This document shows, piece after piece, positions 47,323-57,014 of a DNA stretch of 64,000 nt. This DNA comes from a virus: IMG/VR virus record IMGVR_UViG_3300030329_005612, positions 3,635 through 67,634 of that record; one strand, 5' to 3'. The notes under the pieces were generated by a model. It did no database searches. It saw only the letters and a list, made by a program, of their open reading frames with translations, and was not told the DNA's origin. The first letter of the stretch is position 1. Every line of letters begins with the position of its first letter. Made by a program: the position numbers and the translations under genes.

Positions 47323-47882
47323 AAAATGTAAAATTAAATTCCTGCAATAGCAGCTTAAAAGAATTAATTTACAGACACTCTGCTCTGTGTGTAGATATAT
47401 GTAAGAAATATACCCCAGCCCTCCAAGCGTCCGGGGTTTCTGTTGATGACGTTTACAAAGATAAAGATTACATTGTTTACAAATCGGCGTTAAGCTTTAA
47501 TCCTAATAAAAATGTAAAATTTTCTACATGGCTGGGAAATCAAGTTAGATACTATTGCTTGAACACTATTAACAAGAATGGAACCTTGCTATCAGTAGAC
47601 ACTGATCATCTTGATTATCTTTCGTCCCAAAAAGAAGATTTAAATGAAAAAAAATATGACCTAGAAATAGAATATGTTTTTACCATCTTATCCAAACTCA
47701 AAGACACCCGCATAAAAGATGTTTTTAATTATCGTTATTTTAAAACCAATAAAAACAAAATGCCTTGGTCTGAAATTGCGCTGAAAATGGGGATAAGCAC
47801 CCAAACCGCCATTAATCTCCACAAAAGAGGAATTAAAATTTTAAATAAAAAAATGAATTCCAATGATCCTGACATTATATGA
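47292..47882 (+). CDS. Divergent sigma70-family factor (regions 2 and 4)
   Basis: FNPNKNVKFSTWL (region 2.3); C-terminal HTH WSEIALKMGISTQTAINLH. Confidence 0.75.
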   Translation: MAKITDTELVKNVKLNSCNSSLKELIYRHSALCVDICKKYTPALQASGVSVDDVYKDKDYIVYKSALSFNPNKNVKFSTWLGNQVRYYCLNTINKNGTLLSVDTDHLDYLSSQKEDLNEKKYDLEIEYVFTILSKLKDTRIKDVFNYRYFKTNKNKMPWSEIALKMGISTQTAINLHKRGIKILNKKMNSNDPDII

Positions 47883-49024
47883 GTTCTTCAAAAAATATTA
47901 GCTCTCGTCCATATTTAGTGGGAGAAGATGGCAAAAGAGAAGCAGAAAACATTCTTAATGTAGAAAAGAATCTTAAGAATAAATTTTGCAGTCGTCCTTT
48001 TGATTTTTTCGAGGCCCAAGACCTAGGAGAAGGAAAGGTTTTTGTGTGTTGCCCTACGTGGCTCAACGTTGAGGTGGGAAAGTTAACTGAGCAGTCTGTT
48101 GATGAAGCATTCAACTCAGAAACAAACCAAGAGGTAAGAAAAAGTATTTTAGATGGTAGCTTTAAATATTGTAATCACAAACTATGCCCAATGATTCAGA
48201 ATAACTCGCTGCCCAACAAAAAGGACATAACTAATGAACGTCATGTGAAAATAATACAGAACGAGCAAACCAAAGGTCTTGCTCCCATAGAATACAATTT
48301 ATGTTATGATCCTTCTTGTAATTTATCCTGTCCAAGCTGTAGGGTAAATAAAATTTATTTAACTAGTGGCCCCCAGTACGAACGGAAATTAACTATCCAA
48401 CAAAAAATAATTAATGAAATATTTGGAGAACCACATAAAAATTATTGCAAAGTTAATGTAACTGGATCAGGTGATCCTTTTGGGTCAAAAATTTTTAGGG
48501 AATTCCTGTTCAATATAGAGGGAGAAAAATATCCCAATATTGAAATATCCCTCCAGACAAATGGAGTGATGTTTACTCCAAAATACTGGAAGAAGATGAA
48601 AAAGATACACAAAAATCTTAAAACTATAATCATTTCCGTAGACGCCGCCACACAAGAAACTTATGATATAGTAAGGCGCGGGGGGAATTGGAATTTACTT
48701 TTAAATAATTTAGATTTTATTTCTAAGTTAAAACAAAAAAATAAAATTAATTTTTTAAGGTTTGATTTTGTTGTTCAGCGAACCAACTATAAAGAAATGG
48801 TAGACTTTGTAAAACTTTCAAAAAAATATAAAATAGATAATTGTTATTTTGGTTTAGTAAGTGATTGGGGCACATGGTCAGTAGAAGAATACAAGAAACA
48901 TGCTATTTGGAAAAAAGATCACCCAGAATTTGAGGATTTTATGAAAGTTATGAGAAATCCTATATTTGATGAAGAAATAGTAAACCTTGGAAACATTACA
49001 GAATATAGAAACAATGCAAAATAA
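47879..49024 (+). CDS. Radical SAM/SPASM-domain protein
   Basis: CNLSCPSC, GSGDPF, TNG, SVDAA and N-terminal CC...C cluster. Confidence 0.85.
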   Translation: MSSSKNISSRPYLVGEDGKREAENILNVEKNLKNKFCSRPFDFFEAQDLGEGKVFVCCPTWLNVEVGKLTEQSVDEAFNSETNQEVRKSILDGSFKYCNHKLCPMIQNNSLPNKKDITNERHVKIIQNEQTKGLAPIEYNLCYDPSCNLSCPSCRVNKIYLTSGPQYERKLTIQQKIINEIFGEPHKNYCKVNVTGSGDPFGSKIFREFLFNIEGEKYPNIEISLQTNGVMFTPKYWKKMKKIHKNLKTIIISVDAATQETYDIVRRGGNWNLLLNNLDFISKLKQKNKINFLRFDFVVQRTNYKEMVDFVKLSKKYKIDNCYFGLVSDWGTWSVEEYKKHAIWKKDHPEFEDFMKVMRNPIFDEEIVNLGNITEYRNNAK

Positions 49025-49466
49025 AATCCATTGCCGAAGAACATTGTATACAGGAGGCACTTTTGATTTATTTCATTTTGGTCATCAAAATTTTTTAAAA
49101 CAATGCAAAAGGATTTCTGATTATGTAGTCGTGTCCCTTAATACGGATGATTTTGTAGAAAGATTCAAGGGTCATAAGCCAATTTTAAATTTTAAAGAAA
49201 GAGAACAATCTCTACATTACTGTAAGTACGTAGACAAAATAATTTTAAACGGTGCCGGTGAAGACAGTAGGTCATGCATACTTACAGTAAAGCCTACGAT
49301 AATTGCCATTGGAGATGATTGGGCAAATAAAGACTACTATAAACAAATGGGGTTTGATCAACAATGGCTAGATGATAACCAAATTACCTTAGTTTATATT
49401 CCATATACGAGGGGCATAAGCTCAACAGAAATTAAAGAAAGAATCGTAAAGTCTCATGGAAAATAA
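49014..49466 (+). CDS. Glycerol-3-phosphate cytidylyltransferase-like protein
   Basis: GGTFDLFHFGH, GDDW and YTRGISST. Confidence 0.88.
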   Translation: MQNKIHCRRTLYTGGTFDLFHFGHQNFLKQCKRISDYVVVSLNTDDFVERFKGHKPILNFKEREQSLHYCKYVDKIILNGAGEDSRSCILTVKPTIIAIGDDWANKDYYKQMGFDQQWLDDNQITLVYIPYTRGISSTEIKERIVKSHGK

Positions 49467-50415
49467 AAAAATAGCCGTAATATTTGCGGGACAACCAAGA
49501 ACTTTCAGATATACTTTTCAAAGTCATTTAAATTTTTTTAAGCTTGATGGTTATGAGTTTGATTATTTCATACATGCATGGAGCGAGCAGTGGTATAGAA
49601 CGAAAACAGGTACCGACCTAACTAGTTCTAATCCTCTTATAGAAAACATAAATGAACTTAAAGATGAATTAATAAAAATTTACAACCCCAAAGCAATCAC
49701 AGTTGAATCGCAAAGGGGCTCTGAAGACTTAATAAAGGACATGCAGTCACTAATGCATTTACAAAAAGCTTGTAAATGTTACCTTACTCCGTCCGGTGCT
49801 TTTTGGGGCGAGCAGACTATTGATCGGTGGCTAAATGGAACACATGCAGGACAAGTATACTCGTGGCAGAAAGCAGCCAATTTAAAAATAGCTTATCAAC
49901 AAAAAAATGACATAAACTATGATGGTGTTATAAAATTTAGGTTAGACAATATACTGGATTACCACCCCGAAGTAAAAAAACAAAAATTTTTAGATCAAAT
50001 TTGTAACTATGAAAGGGGTGGCTTCATAAATAGAAACAAAAATGATGAGCACAGAACAAGAATGAGATTCCAATGGCAAAACAAACCTTCAAAAAATTAT
50101 TGGCACGTTGGAGATATGATGTTTGGGGGGCCAAGTCACATTTTTGATAAGTTAATGAAAGACATTTATATATTTCATATACGAAGCTACTGCAACATAA
50201 TTGGAGATTTAAATGGCGAATGGTCTCACCTTGGGTCTTCGGAGGGGGTGTTAGGTAAAAAATTAGTTTTTGAAGAAATTAGTACAGACACTCTTCAAGT
50301 AGGTCACTTTCCATATAGAGACTACCATATAAGTTATCCTGATCAAAGCTATAAGGCTTTATGCCAAGTTCGTCAGAAAGCTGATGAAGGGCGCATTCTG
50401 AAGACGGAATTTTAA
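49456..50415 (+). CDS. Putative glycosyltransferase-like protein (GQPR family)
   Basis: KIAVIFAGQPR, DYFIHAW and YD..IKFRLD. Confidence 0.6.
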   Translation: MENKKIAVIFAGQPRTFRYTFQSHLNFFKLDGYEFDYFIHAWSEQWYRTKTGTDLTSSNPLIENINELKDELIKIYNPKAITVESQRGSEDLIKDMQSLMHLQKACKCYLTPSGAFWGEQTIDRWLNGTHAGQVYSWQKAANLKIAYQQKNDINYDGVIKFRLDNILDYHPEVKKQKFLDQICNYERGGFINRNKNDEHRTRMRFQWQNKPSKNYWHVGDMMFGGPSHIFDKLMKDIYIFHIRSYCNIIGDLNGEWSHLGSSEGVLGKKLVFEEISTDTLQVGHFPYRDYHISYPDQSYKALCQVRQKADEGRILKTEF

Positions 50416-50417
50416 AA

Positions 50418-51806
50418 ATGAAAATTGCTGTATGTATATTTGGTCAACCACGCTTCTTTAAAGAGGCAGCAGAATCTTTTAGAAAAGAATTCTTAGACAT
50501 GCCTAATCACGAAGTTGATGTATTTATACATTGCTGGGATGAGGTGGGTTACACGCCAGACGATGACATAAAAGAAACCAATGAGAAACCCGATGCCCAA
50601 AGACTCAAAGATGACATATGGAATAATTACGGTGGTAAAACTGGCAACATAAAATCTATAGAAATAGAATCGCCAGAAAAAAAGTTTTATGAAATTGCCG
50701 ATAGCTTAGGAAAAGTAATCGAAACTATTAGGGATGAAAGGCTCTACGAAGATGCAGACTGGCGCAAATACATGGGTAAACTCAAATTAAAAGGGATGAA
50801 TAAAAAGTTCACTGATTGCGCTGTCGTAAGAATTGCAGGTGGGAAAGTTTTAAGGTATGAAATGGGTCAATTTTATAGCATTTCTAATGTTATACAGCAG
50901 AAGGCTTTTTACGAAAAAGAAAATGATTTTAAATATGATTTAGTAGTCCGTGTTAGAACTGATTCATTTTATATACCTTTCGAGCTCTATGGAAATAATG
51001 AAGATGAGTATTATAAAGATAAAGAAAAGTATTACTCTTTATTACACACTTATTACGATGGAATAGGCTTAATGGGGCACGGCTTAAAACTTATTTGCGG
51101 CATTGGTAATGGTTCACTGTTGCCGGGAAAGGAAAGAAAAGACACAGGTTACTTTACTGACCTTGAACATGTAGAATTTAATAATGGTAGATTGATTAAT
51201 CTAGTTAATGCTCCTTACGAAAAGGGGCCAGCTATTTTAGAAAATATATTAGACCAAAATGGCATGTTTTCATTTCCTTGGAAAATTCACCTTAAAGATT
51301 GGATACTAATGGCTGATTCAGACACAGCGAACAGAGCGTGGGGTGCTTCGTTAAGTACTTATATGGCTTTTGCTATAAATGATTTAATTAGGTTTTTGGG
51401 TAGAAAACAGGTTGGGTTTATGCCGGGTGGAGAAGTTCTAAATGGCTTGTGTGGGTTACTTGGCAATGCGAAAATGTGCGCTGTACCAGATTATACGAAA
51501 GAACCTAATATTGACGGTCTCAAGGTAAACCGGTGGAGTGGTTTAGATTTAGAAAGAAACAAAAAAAGGACATTGAAGATTGTACACACTAATATAGAAA
51601 AAAGAAAAGATAATTTTATTGGTAAGCGCGGAGAAGGTAATTTACATGTCCCACACGGGGGAGAGGCTATGCCCCACGGCACACACAAGGAAATGGTTCG
51701 AAGGTTAATCTTATACGCAAGGTCAAATCTTGATAAAGAAAATATAATTTGCAAAATATTTTGCAACAATAAAAAAAATGAAAACCGCAGCATTCATTCC
51801 AATTAA
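50418..51806 (+). CDS. Putative glycosyltransferase-like protein (GQPR family paralogue)
   Basis: KIAVCIFGQPR, DVFIHCW, QFYS and YDLVVRVRTD. Confidence 0.6.
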   Translation: MKIAVCIFGQPRFFKEAAESFRKEFLDMPNHEVDVFIHCWDEVGYTPDDDIKETNEKPDAQRLKDDIWNNYGGKTGNIKSIEIESPEKKFYEIADSLGKVIETIRDERLYEDADWRKYMGKLKLKGMNKKFTDCAVVRIAGGKVLRYEMGQFYSISNVIQQKAFYEKENDFKYDLVVRVRTDSFYIPFELYGNNEDEYYKDKEKYYSLLHTYYDGIGLMGHGLKLICGIGNGSLLPGKERKDTGYFTDLEHVEFNNGRLINLVNAPYEKGPAILENILDQNGMFSFPWKIHLKDWILMADSDTANRAWGASLSTYMAFAINDLIRFLGRKQVGFMPGGEVLNGLCGLLGNAKMCAVPDYTKEPNIDGLKVNRWSGLDLERNKKRTLKIVHTNIEKRKDNFIGKRGEGNLHVPHGGEAMPHGTHKEMVRRLILYARSNLDKENIICKIFCNNKKNENRSIHSN

Positions 51807-52482
51807 AAGTAACTCAGAAAGAGTGAAAGGCAAAAACTTTGTAGAGCTCTGCGGAAGAAAATTATACGAACACATTATTCTTAATGTTAAAAAAGCAAAT
51901 TGTTTTGATTCTATTTATGTAGACACTGATAGTCTAGAAGTTAAAGATTTTTGTGATAAAAAAGGTGGGATTTTCATAATTGAAAGAGAACCTCGCTTGG
52001 CTTCAAATAGTGCAAATGGCAACGACCTTTTAAATTATCATGGTAAAAAATTTCCTGCTTATGATTTATATTTTCAACTGTTTGCTACTGCCCCCTTTTT
52101 AAAGCCACAAACTATCGCAGACTGTGTTCACAAGTTATCTACTACTAATAATTTTGACTCTATATTAACTGTTGTAGAAGAATTCGGGTGGTACTGGGTA
52201 AATGGTGTCCCTGTAAATTATAGGCCCGGGGTTTTACCAAGAAGTCAAGATGCTGTGCCCGTTTTAAAAGAAACAACTGGACTCTATGGAGTAACCAAGG
52301 AAGCTTTGAATAAATATCGGTGTAGAATAGGGGCTAAACCGTTTTTTAATAAAGTTACCAAAGTGGAAGCAATTGATTTAGATACAGCAGAAGATTTTAA
52401 ATTTGCTAATAGCTTTGGGCAGTGCATGGAGGCTGAAAGTAACTTACCATCCCCTTGGATATATGACGACGAATGTGTATAA
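51778..52482 (+). CDS. Acylneuraminate (CMP-nonulosonate) cytidylyltransferase
   Basis: IPIKSNSERVKGKN, VDTDS, TAPFL, RSQD and IDLDT.EDF. Confidence 0.88.
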   Translation: MKTAAFIPIKSNSERVKGKNFVELCGRKLYEHIILNVKKANCFDSIYVDTDSLEVKDFCDKKGGIFIIEREPRLASNSANGNDLLNYHGKKFPAYDLYFQLFATAPFLKPQTIADCVHKLSTTNNFDSILTVVEEFGWYWVNGVPVNYRPGVLPRSQDAVPVLKETTGLYGVTKEALNKYRCRIGAKPFFNKVTKVEAIDLDTAEDFKFANSFGQCMEAESNLPSPWIYDDECV

Positions 52483-53210
52483 TTGATAAATTAGAGTGCG
52501 CTTTCATTCCTCTGTGTAAGGTAGCGTCTAGTAGTCTACTCACTCATTTCGCAGAAGAGGTCTATGACGATGAATATCTGAATAATTTAAAACAAAAAAC
52601 AACAGCATCTACATACAGGGGGATATTGAGAAAAAAAATGCATAATGATTTTGATGTTAATTATCGTACCCCCGATAACAAACCTAGGCTTGAAAAGTAT
52701 TTTTCTTTTGCTTTTGTAAGAAATCCTTGGCACCGAATAGTGTCGGCATATTTACAATTCCTGAGGTGGAAAGAAACTCAATTAAAGACGCAATCAGAAA
52801 GAAAGGATTTTGCAGGACTATCTGTTTTAAAAATGATGGAGTTAATGGATAATAATTTTTCTTTTGAGAGCTTTGTTAATTTTGTAAAAAATATAGAGAG
52901 GAATCACTCAGAGGAAGTAAATCATCATTGGCGTTCCCAAGTTGGTAGACTTTACATTGAAGGTTTACATCCCATTGATTATAATTTTATTGGTAGGTTA
53001 GAATCAATAGATAAAGATTTTTTCTATGTCGCAGACAAGCTTAACTTAAAACACAAAACCCTTTCAAACTTTAATCATTTTGAAGAATACAACTACAAAG
53101 AATTTTATACGAATAAAAAATTGATAGATGATGTAGCAGAATATTACACTAGAGATATAGATGTGTTTAAATATGAGTTTGATAACCCATCATATATCGT
53201 CCACCCTTAG
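52473..53210 (+). CDS. Sulfotransferase family 2 protein
   Basis: KVASSS (5'-PSB), FAFVRNPWHRIVSAY (3'-PB), HWRSQ and FIGRLE. Confidence 0.88.
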   Translation: MCIIDKLECAFIPLCKVASSSLLTHFAEEVYDDEYLNNLKQKTTASTYRGILRKKMHNDFDVNYRTPDNKPRLEKYFSFAFVRNPWHRIVSAYLQFLRWKETQLKTQSERKDFAGLSVLKMMELMDNNFSFESFVNFVKNIERNHSEEVNHHWRSQVGRLYIEGLHPIDYNFIGRLESIDKDFFYVADKLNLKHKTLSNFNHFEEYNYKEFYTNKKLIDDVAEYYTRDIDVFKYEFDNPSYIVHP

Positions 53211-53290
53211 GCTAATTTTCATCCCCGTTTTAAAATTCGTTTTTTTTGAATTTGAAGATCAATTAATAATTTTTTTGGATAAAATTTTTA

Positions 53291-53599
53291 TTACAAATTG
53301 AGATATATTAAAAGCTCGGGGTAAGTAAGTTGTACTAAAATTTCTTTCGCTAAGTCTTCAGGCAAGCTGTCAACCTTAAACCCCTCTTCTTCTGCCCATG
53401 ACCATTTTTTCATATTTATTTTAAAAGGATAAATTACATTAGAAGATTTGTCTTCCATAAGAACTAAAATTACCGGTCGTGAGCCTACCGAAATCAGTGC
53501 GACATTTTCGAGACCGTAAGGATAATTAGTAAAAGGTAAATCCTTCGTTTCGGCTTGGTGTTTAATCTTTAAAACTTCTTTTGTTAACGTGGGATGCAC
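53291..53599 (-). CDS. Hypothetical protein (GTG start, MHPTLT)
   Basis: GTGTAAATAA motif 4 nt upstream on the minus strand. Confidence 0.6.
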   Translation of the reverse strand: MHPTLTKEVLKIKHQAETKDLPFTNYPYGLENVALISVGSRPVILVLMEDKSSNVIYPFKINMKKWSWAEEEGFKVDSLPEDLAKEILVQLTYPELLIYLNL

Positions 53600-53655
53600 T
53601 TTATTATTTACACCAAAAGGAAGCAAATCAGTGTAATTAATAAGACAATGAAATT

Positions 53656-53829
53656 ATGCATTATTATAGATGTACAGACTGCGAGCCTAGCGCAAAGAAT
53701 AGACTTCTCTACTCCCGTTTAGATGGAAGAGAAGACAGGGTTGTCTATAAATGTCCTCATTGTAATAAAGAATTTAGTTTTTCACGCGATTTCCCTACTC
53801 CACATAAATGTAAAGTCAAATATGGCTAA
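53656..53829 (+). CDS. Zinc-ribbon protein (57 aa, MHYYRCTDC...KCPHC)
   Basis: Hand-translated; two CxxC; paralogue of the next ORF. Confidence 0.65.
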   Translation: MHYYRCTDCEPSAKNRLLYSRLDGREDRVVYKCPHCNKEFSFSRDFPTPHKCKVKYG

Positions 53830-53852
53830 TTTAAACCAGAAAGGAAAAAATC

Positions 53853-54050
53853 ATGTATTATTACCAATGTCCCTACTGTTCCCCCTCCCAAGAAAACAGA
53901 CTAGAGGAATCAGTACAAGAAAGAACTAAGGGAAAAATTTTCCCTAAGAAAATCAGCATAAAGTCAATGAAATGTAAAAAATGTAAGAATCTTTTTAGCA
54001 TTACTCCTGAATTTCTTAAAGAGCAAAAAAGAAAGATAAAAGATGGATAA
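53853..54050 (+). CDS. Zinc-ribbon protein
   Basis: MYYYQCPYC...KCKKC. Confidence 0.65.
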   Translation: MYYYQCPYCSPSQENRLEESVQERTKGKIFPKKISIKSMKCKKCKNLFSITPEFLKEQKRKIKDG

Positions 54051-54104
54051 TTTTTTATTCTTTTTTTAGAAATAGACTTAAGGCACCGCTATAATATAGC
54101 AATT

Positions 54105-55049
54105 ATGAAAACTTTTTTATCTCTTTTTATGTGTGGAATTCTCACCGTTACAACTGCGGTGGGTGAAAACAAGACCATTGCAGAGCATTTACAGAATATA
54201 TCGGTTACTATTCGGGCCGAAGGACAATTTACAGCAGGAGAAGGTTCTGGGGTTATTTTTACACGAAAAGATTCACAAGGAAATTTGGTGAACTTTATTT
54301 GGACTGCCGCCCACGTCATAGATAACCTCCGTGCCGAAAGGAAGGTTTTAATTAATGGTAGTCCTAAAACCCTAGTGGAGTTTAAAGACCCAGTAGTTAT
54401 TAAAGAAATTAGACAAAACGGGAGAACGGTGGGAAGACTTCAGATGGATGCAGAGGTATTAAAATATAGCGATGCCACTGATGGTCATGACCTTGCGCTC
54501 CTTCGTATTCGTAAGCTTAATTTTGTTACAGACAGTGTAACATTCTACCTTGATAAAGAAATCCCTTCCTTGGGCACCGACCTACTTCACGTTGGCTCTC
54601 TATTGGGCCAATTAGGTGCGAATTCCATGACAGACGGAATTTACTCGCAACATGGTAGAATTATCAAAAGCCTTAATAAGCACGTGTTCGATCAGACAAC
54701 TTGTGTCGCTTTTCCCGGAAGTTCTGGGGGTGGAATTTTCCTGAAGCGCGATGGTAAGGCGCGGTATGTAGGAATGTTGGTGCGCGGAGCGGGAGAGGGT
54801 TTTAATCTTATCGTACCTATTCGCAGGATGGTTGACTATTGCAGCAAACATAAAATTATGTGGGCCCTAGATTCTAAAGTAGCAATGCCTGACGAGGAGA
54901 CTCTTCAAAAGATGTCTATCGAAAATACCCCCAAGGAAAAGAAAGAAGAAGAAAAAGCTAAAAAAGAAACAGATGAAAAAGCCTTTCCACATATGATTCG
55001 TATTATTAAAATTAACCCAACTTTAATTAATAAAAGGATAAAACAATGA
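54105..55049 (+). CDS. Secreted trypsin-like serine protease
   Basis: Signal peptide; GSGV, TAAHV, DLALL and PGSSGGG catalytic triad motifs. Confidence 0.9.
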   Translation: MKTFLSLFMCGILTVTTAVGENKTIAEHLQNISVTIRAEGQFTAGEGSGVIFTRKDSQGNLVNFIWTAAHVIDNLRAERKVLINGSPKTLVEFKDPVVIKEIRQNGRTVGRLQMDAEVLKYSDATDGHDLALLRIRKLNFVTDSVTFYLDKEIPSLGTDLLHVGSLLGQLGANSMTDGIYSQHGRIIKSLNKHVFDQTTCVAFPGSSGGGIFLKRDGKARYVGMLVRGAGEGFNLIVPIRRMVDYCSKHKIMWALDSKVAMPDEETLQKMSIENTPKEKKEEEKAKKETDEKAFPHMIRIIKINPTLINKRIKQ

Positions 55050-55204
55050 AAAAAGTAATTATTTGTCTATTTGTAGCTGCTTCTGTAGCTATGGTGGGAT
55101 GCCGCGATGCGGCTACCTGTACCAAGTGTTCATGTAACGCTGGGTGCTGTGACTCGGGCTCTTGTGCGGTGGAAAACTGCTCGTGTGCCTGTACCAAAGG
55201 GTAA
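55046..55204 (+). CDS. Metallothionein-like Cys-rich lipoprotein (52 aa)
   Basis: Hand-translated MKKVIICLFVAASVAMVGCRDAATCTKCSCNAGCCDSGSCAVENCSCACTKG; ATGA overlap with the protease stop; AAGGA SD. Confidence 0.7.
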   Translation: MKKVIICLFVAASVAMVGCRDAATCTKCSCNAGCCDSGSCAVENCSCACTKG

Positions 55205-55244
55205 AAACATTTCACTTTTATTTACCAAAGTGTAAATAATTGAA

Positions 55245-56048
55245 ATGAAAATTGAGAAACAGAGCCATGACACGTGGGAAGTAGACTTTTCTGACGAAAT
55301 CCGTGACACACGCCAACCCTTTAGTGTTGCCAACGGGAAAGAAAAAGACTGTGGATGCGGAGAGGGTTGCGGCTGCGATGAGACTGAGGGGGCCGAACGC
55401 TTTGGTGGCAAAAAGCGCAGTGCTCTCAAGGATAGCGACTTCCTAGACCCAAAACGCCGCTCTTTTCCCGTCATGTCTTGTAAGGACGTAAAAGACGCGG
55501 TGAGTACGTGGGGAATGTACAAAGGCTCCATGAGTTTCGAGCAATTCAAGGAGAAGCTTACAAGACGTGCCAAAAAATTAGGGTGCGAAACCTCTCTTCC
55601 TGCCAAATGGAAAGGTGAATCTAAGTCTGCCCACAAAACTAAAAAAGAATGGGACAAAATCGACGAAAAAGAACTCAAGCGTGATACAAAAAAAGAAAAG
55701 GTGCAACACGAAAAAGATGCCCTTAAAGACGACAAAGAAAAAATTAAAAAGCTTGAAAAAGGAAAACCCTCTGAAAAGAAAAACATCGAAATCCACGATA
55801 TTAAAAAAGACGAGCAGTACGACAAGAAAAACAAAAAAAAGTACAGCAAAGGTGAAAGCTATCGACATCAACAAGAGACCTTAGAACATAAAGAAGGACT
55901 ACAAGATGCGTGGGAACTCGCTCGTGACAGTCGGCTTCAGAAAATTAAGCACCATCAAGATGCAATTAAAAATCTTCAACAAGAAATCCAACAGCTAGAG
56001 AAAGATCGGCGCGAAGACCTAAAAGACGTAAAATTTGAAAAAAAGTAA
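55245..56048 (+). CDS. Highly charged protein with RSALKDSDF...RSFP domain
   Basis: 267-aa ORF preceded by GTGTAAATAA. Confidence 0.7.
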   Translation: MKIEKQSHDTWEVDFSDEIRDTRQPFSVANGKEKDCGCGEGCGCDETEGAERFGGKKRSALKDSDFLDPKRRSFPVMSCKDVKDAVSTWGMYKGSMSFEQFKEKLTRRAKKLGCETSLPAKWKGESKSAHKTKKEWDKIDEKELKRDTKKEKVQHEKDALKDDKEKIKKLEKGKPSEKKNIEIHDIKKDEQYDKKNKKKYSKGESYRHQQETLEHKEGLQDAWELARDSRLQKIKHHQDAIKNLQQEIQQLEKDRREDLKDVKFEKK

Positions 56049-56054
56049 TTTCAA

Positions 56055-56267
56055 ATGCCACTCCCATCTAAAAAAAGTAAAGAGTCTCAATCAGACTTTG
56101 TTTCTCGATGTATGAGTGACCCCGTCATGAATAAAGAATTTCCCAAAGACAAGCAGCGTGCTGCTGTATGCTACAACCAATACAAAGAAGCCAAAAAGTC
56201 CAAAGGTTCAGAAGTTAACGAAGATGATTGGTTTGAAATTTCAGAAGACCCCTTTATTCTGTATTAA
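56055..56267 (+). CDS. Conserved small phage protein
   Basis: MPLP...E...FVSRCM...EFP...QRAAVC. Confidence 0.75.
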   Translation: MPLPSKKSKESQSDFVSRCMSDPVMNKEFPKDKQRAAVCYNQYKEAKKSKGSEVNEDDWFEISEDPFILY

Positions 56268-56472
56268 ATAAATCCCCTCCCCCAAACACACAGTAAGAAA
56301 TACTTCTATCTTGAATAAAAGATTCTTCATATAGGTAGCTTATTATATTTTTGATGTCCCTATCGTTGATTTCGTCCTGTGGGTCATAAATATATATCTT
56401 ATCCAATTTCCAGCATCCTGCTGTATCGTATTCGACATCTACCACAAAACCATTTATAACGATTGATTCCAT
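56254..56472 (-). CDS. Hypothetical protein (paralogue of 56823..57014)
   Basis: NG..V.V...KI.I.D...I..YLY.E.FI shared pattern. Confidence 0.65.
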   Translation of the reverse strand: MESIVINGFVVDVEYDTAGCWKLDKIYIYDPQDEINDRDIKNIISYLYEESFIQDRSISYCVFGGGDLFNTE

Positions 56473-56792
56473 GAGACAAGAGATTTTATATCAGTTAAAA
56501 GCGAATTAACTTCCGGGAACCTAATAGAACTTCTTTTAATGGTAAGGGGATAATTTAACTCAGTATCCAAACGAATTCCCTCTTCTTTTTCCTCGGGGGT
56601 AACGTACTCATCTACACAGTCCATCAGCCCAAGTTTTTTCATGTAATAAAAATAAGGGTCTTTCATTTCTTGCTCTACCTCCAAAAGAACTCCTAAATAT
56701 AAATCTAATTTAGAAACCATCGTGATATGGCGTAACGCTAGCACATCACTCGGAGGGGTGTCTACCAACTGAGATACAATAATCAAATTCAC
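56454..56792 (-). CDS. Hypothetical protein (GTG start, MNLIIVS)
   Basis: Minus-strand GTGTAA motif 8 nt upstream. Confidence 0.6.
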   Translation of the reverse strand: MNLIIVSQLVDTPPSDVLALRHITMVSKLDLYLGVLLEVEQEMKDPYFYYMKKLGLMDCVDEYVTPEEKEEGIRLDTELNYPLTIKRSSIRFPEVNSLLTDIKSLVSWNQSL

Positions 56793-56822
56793 AATATTCT
56801 TTACACTCGTGTAATTAATAAT

Positions 56823-57014
56823 GTGAGAGCAAAGCCCACAATTCTTCAATTAAATGGACTTCAAGTAGAAGTTTTTAAAACAAAAATCAAAATTCACGAT
56901 AGTCAGAGTGACGTTTCTGAAGACGAAGCCGAAAAAATTGTAGAATATCTTTATAGGGAGGGTTTTATAGCCGCTAAAAGCATAGTGTGCGAGCTAATAA
57001 GGAGGGACAAATGA
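56823..57014 (+). CDS. Hypothetical protein (paralogue of 56254..56472)
   Basis: GTGTAATTAA 4 nt upstream. Confidence 0.65.
   Translation: MRAKPTILQLNGLQVEVFKTKIKIHDSQSDVSEDEAEKIVEYLYREGFIAAKSIVCELIRRDK

Noticed and set aside
53723-53929. Called 68-aa plus-strand ORF
   Set aside because: It overlaps two better zinc-ribbon ORFs in other frames (53656..53829 and 53853..54050).
55130-55874. Minus-strand Phe/Ser/Leu-rich ORFs (55130..55849, 55578..55874)
   Set aside because: Antisense reading of the Lys/Glu-rich plus-strand gene.
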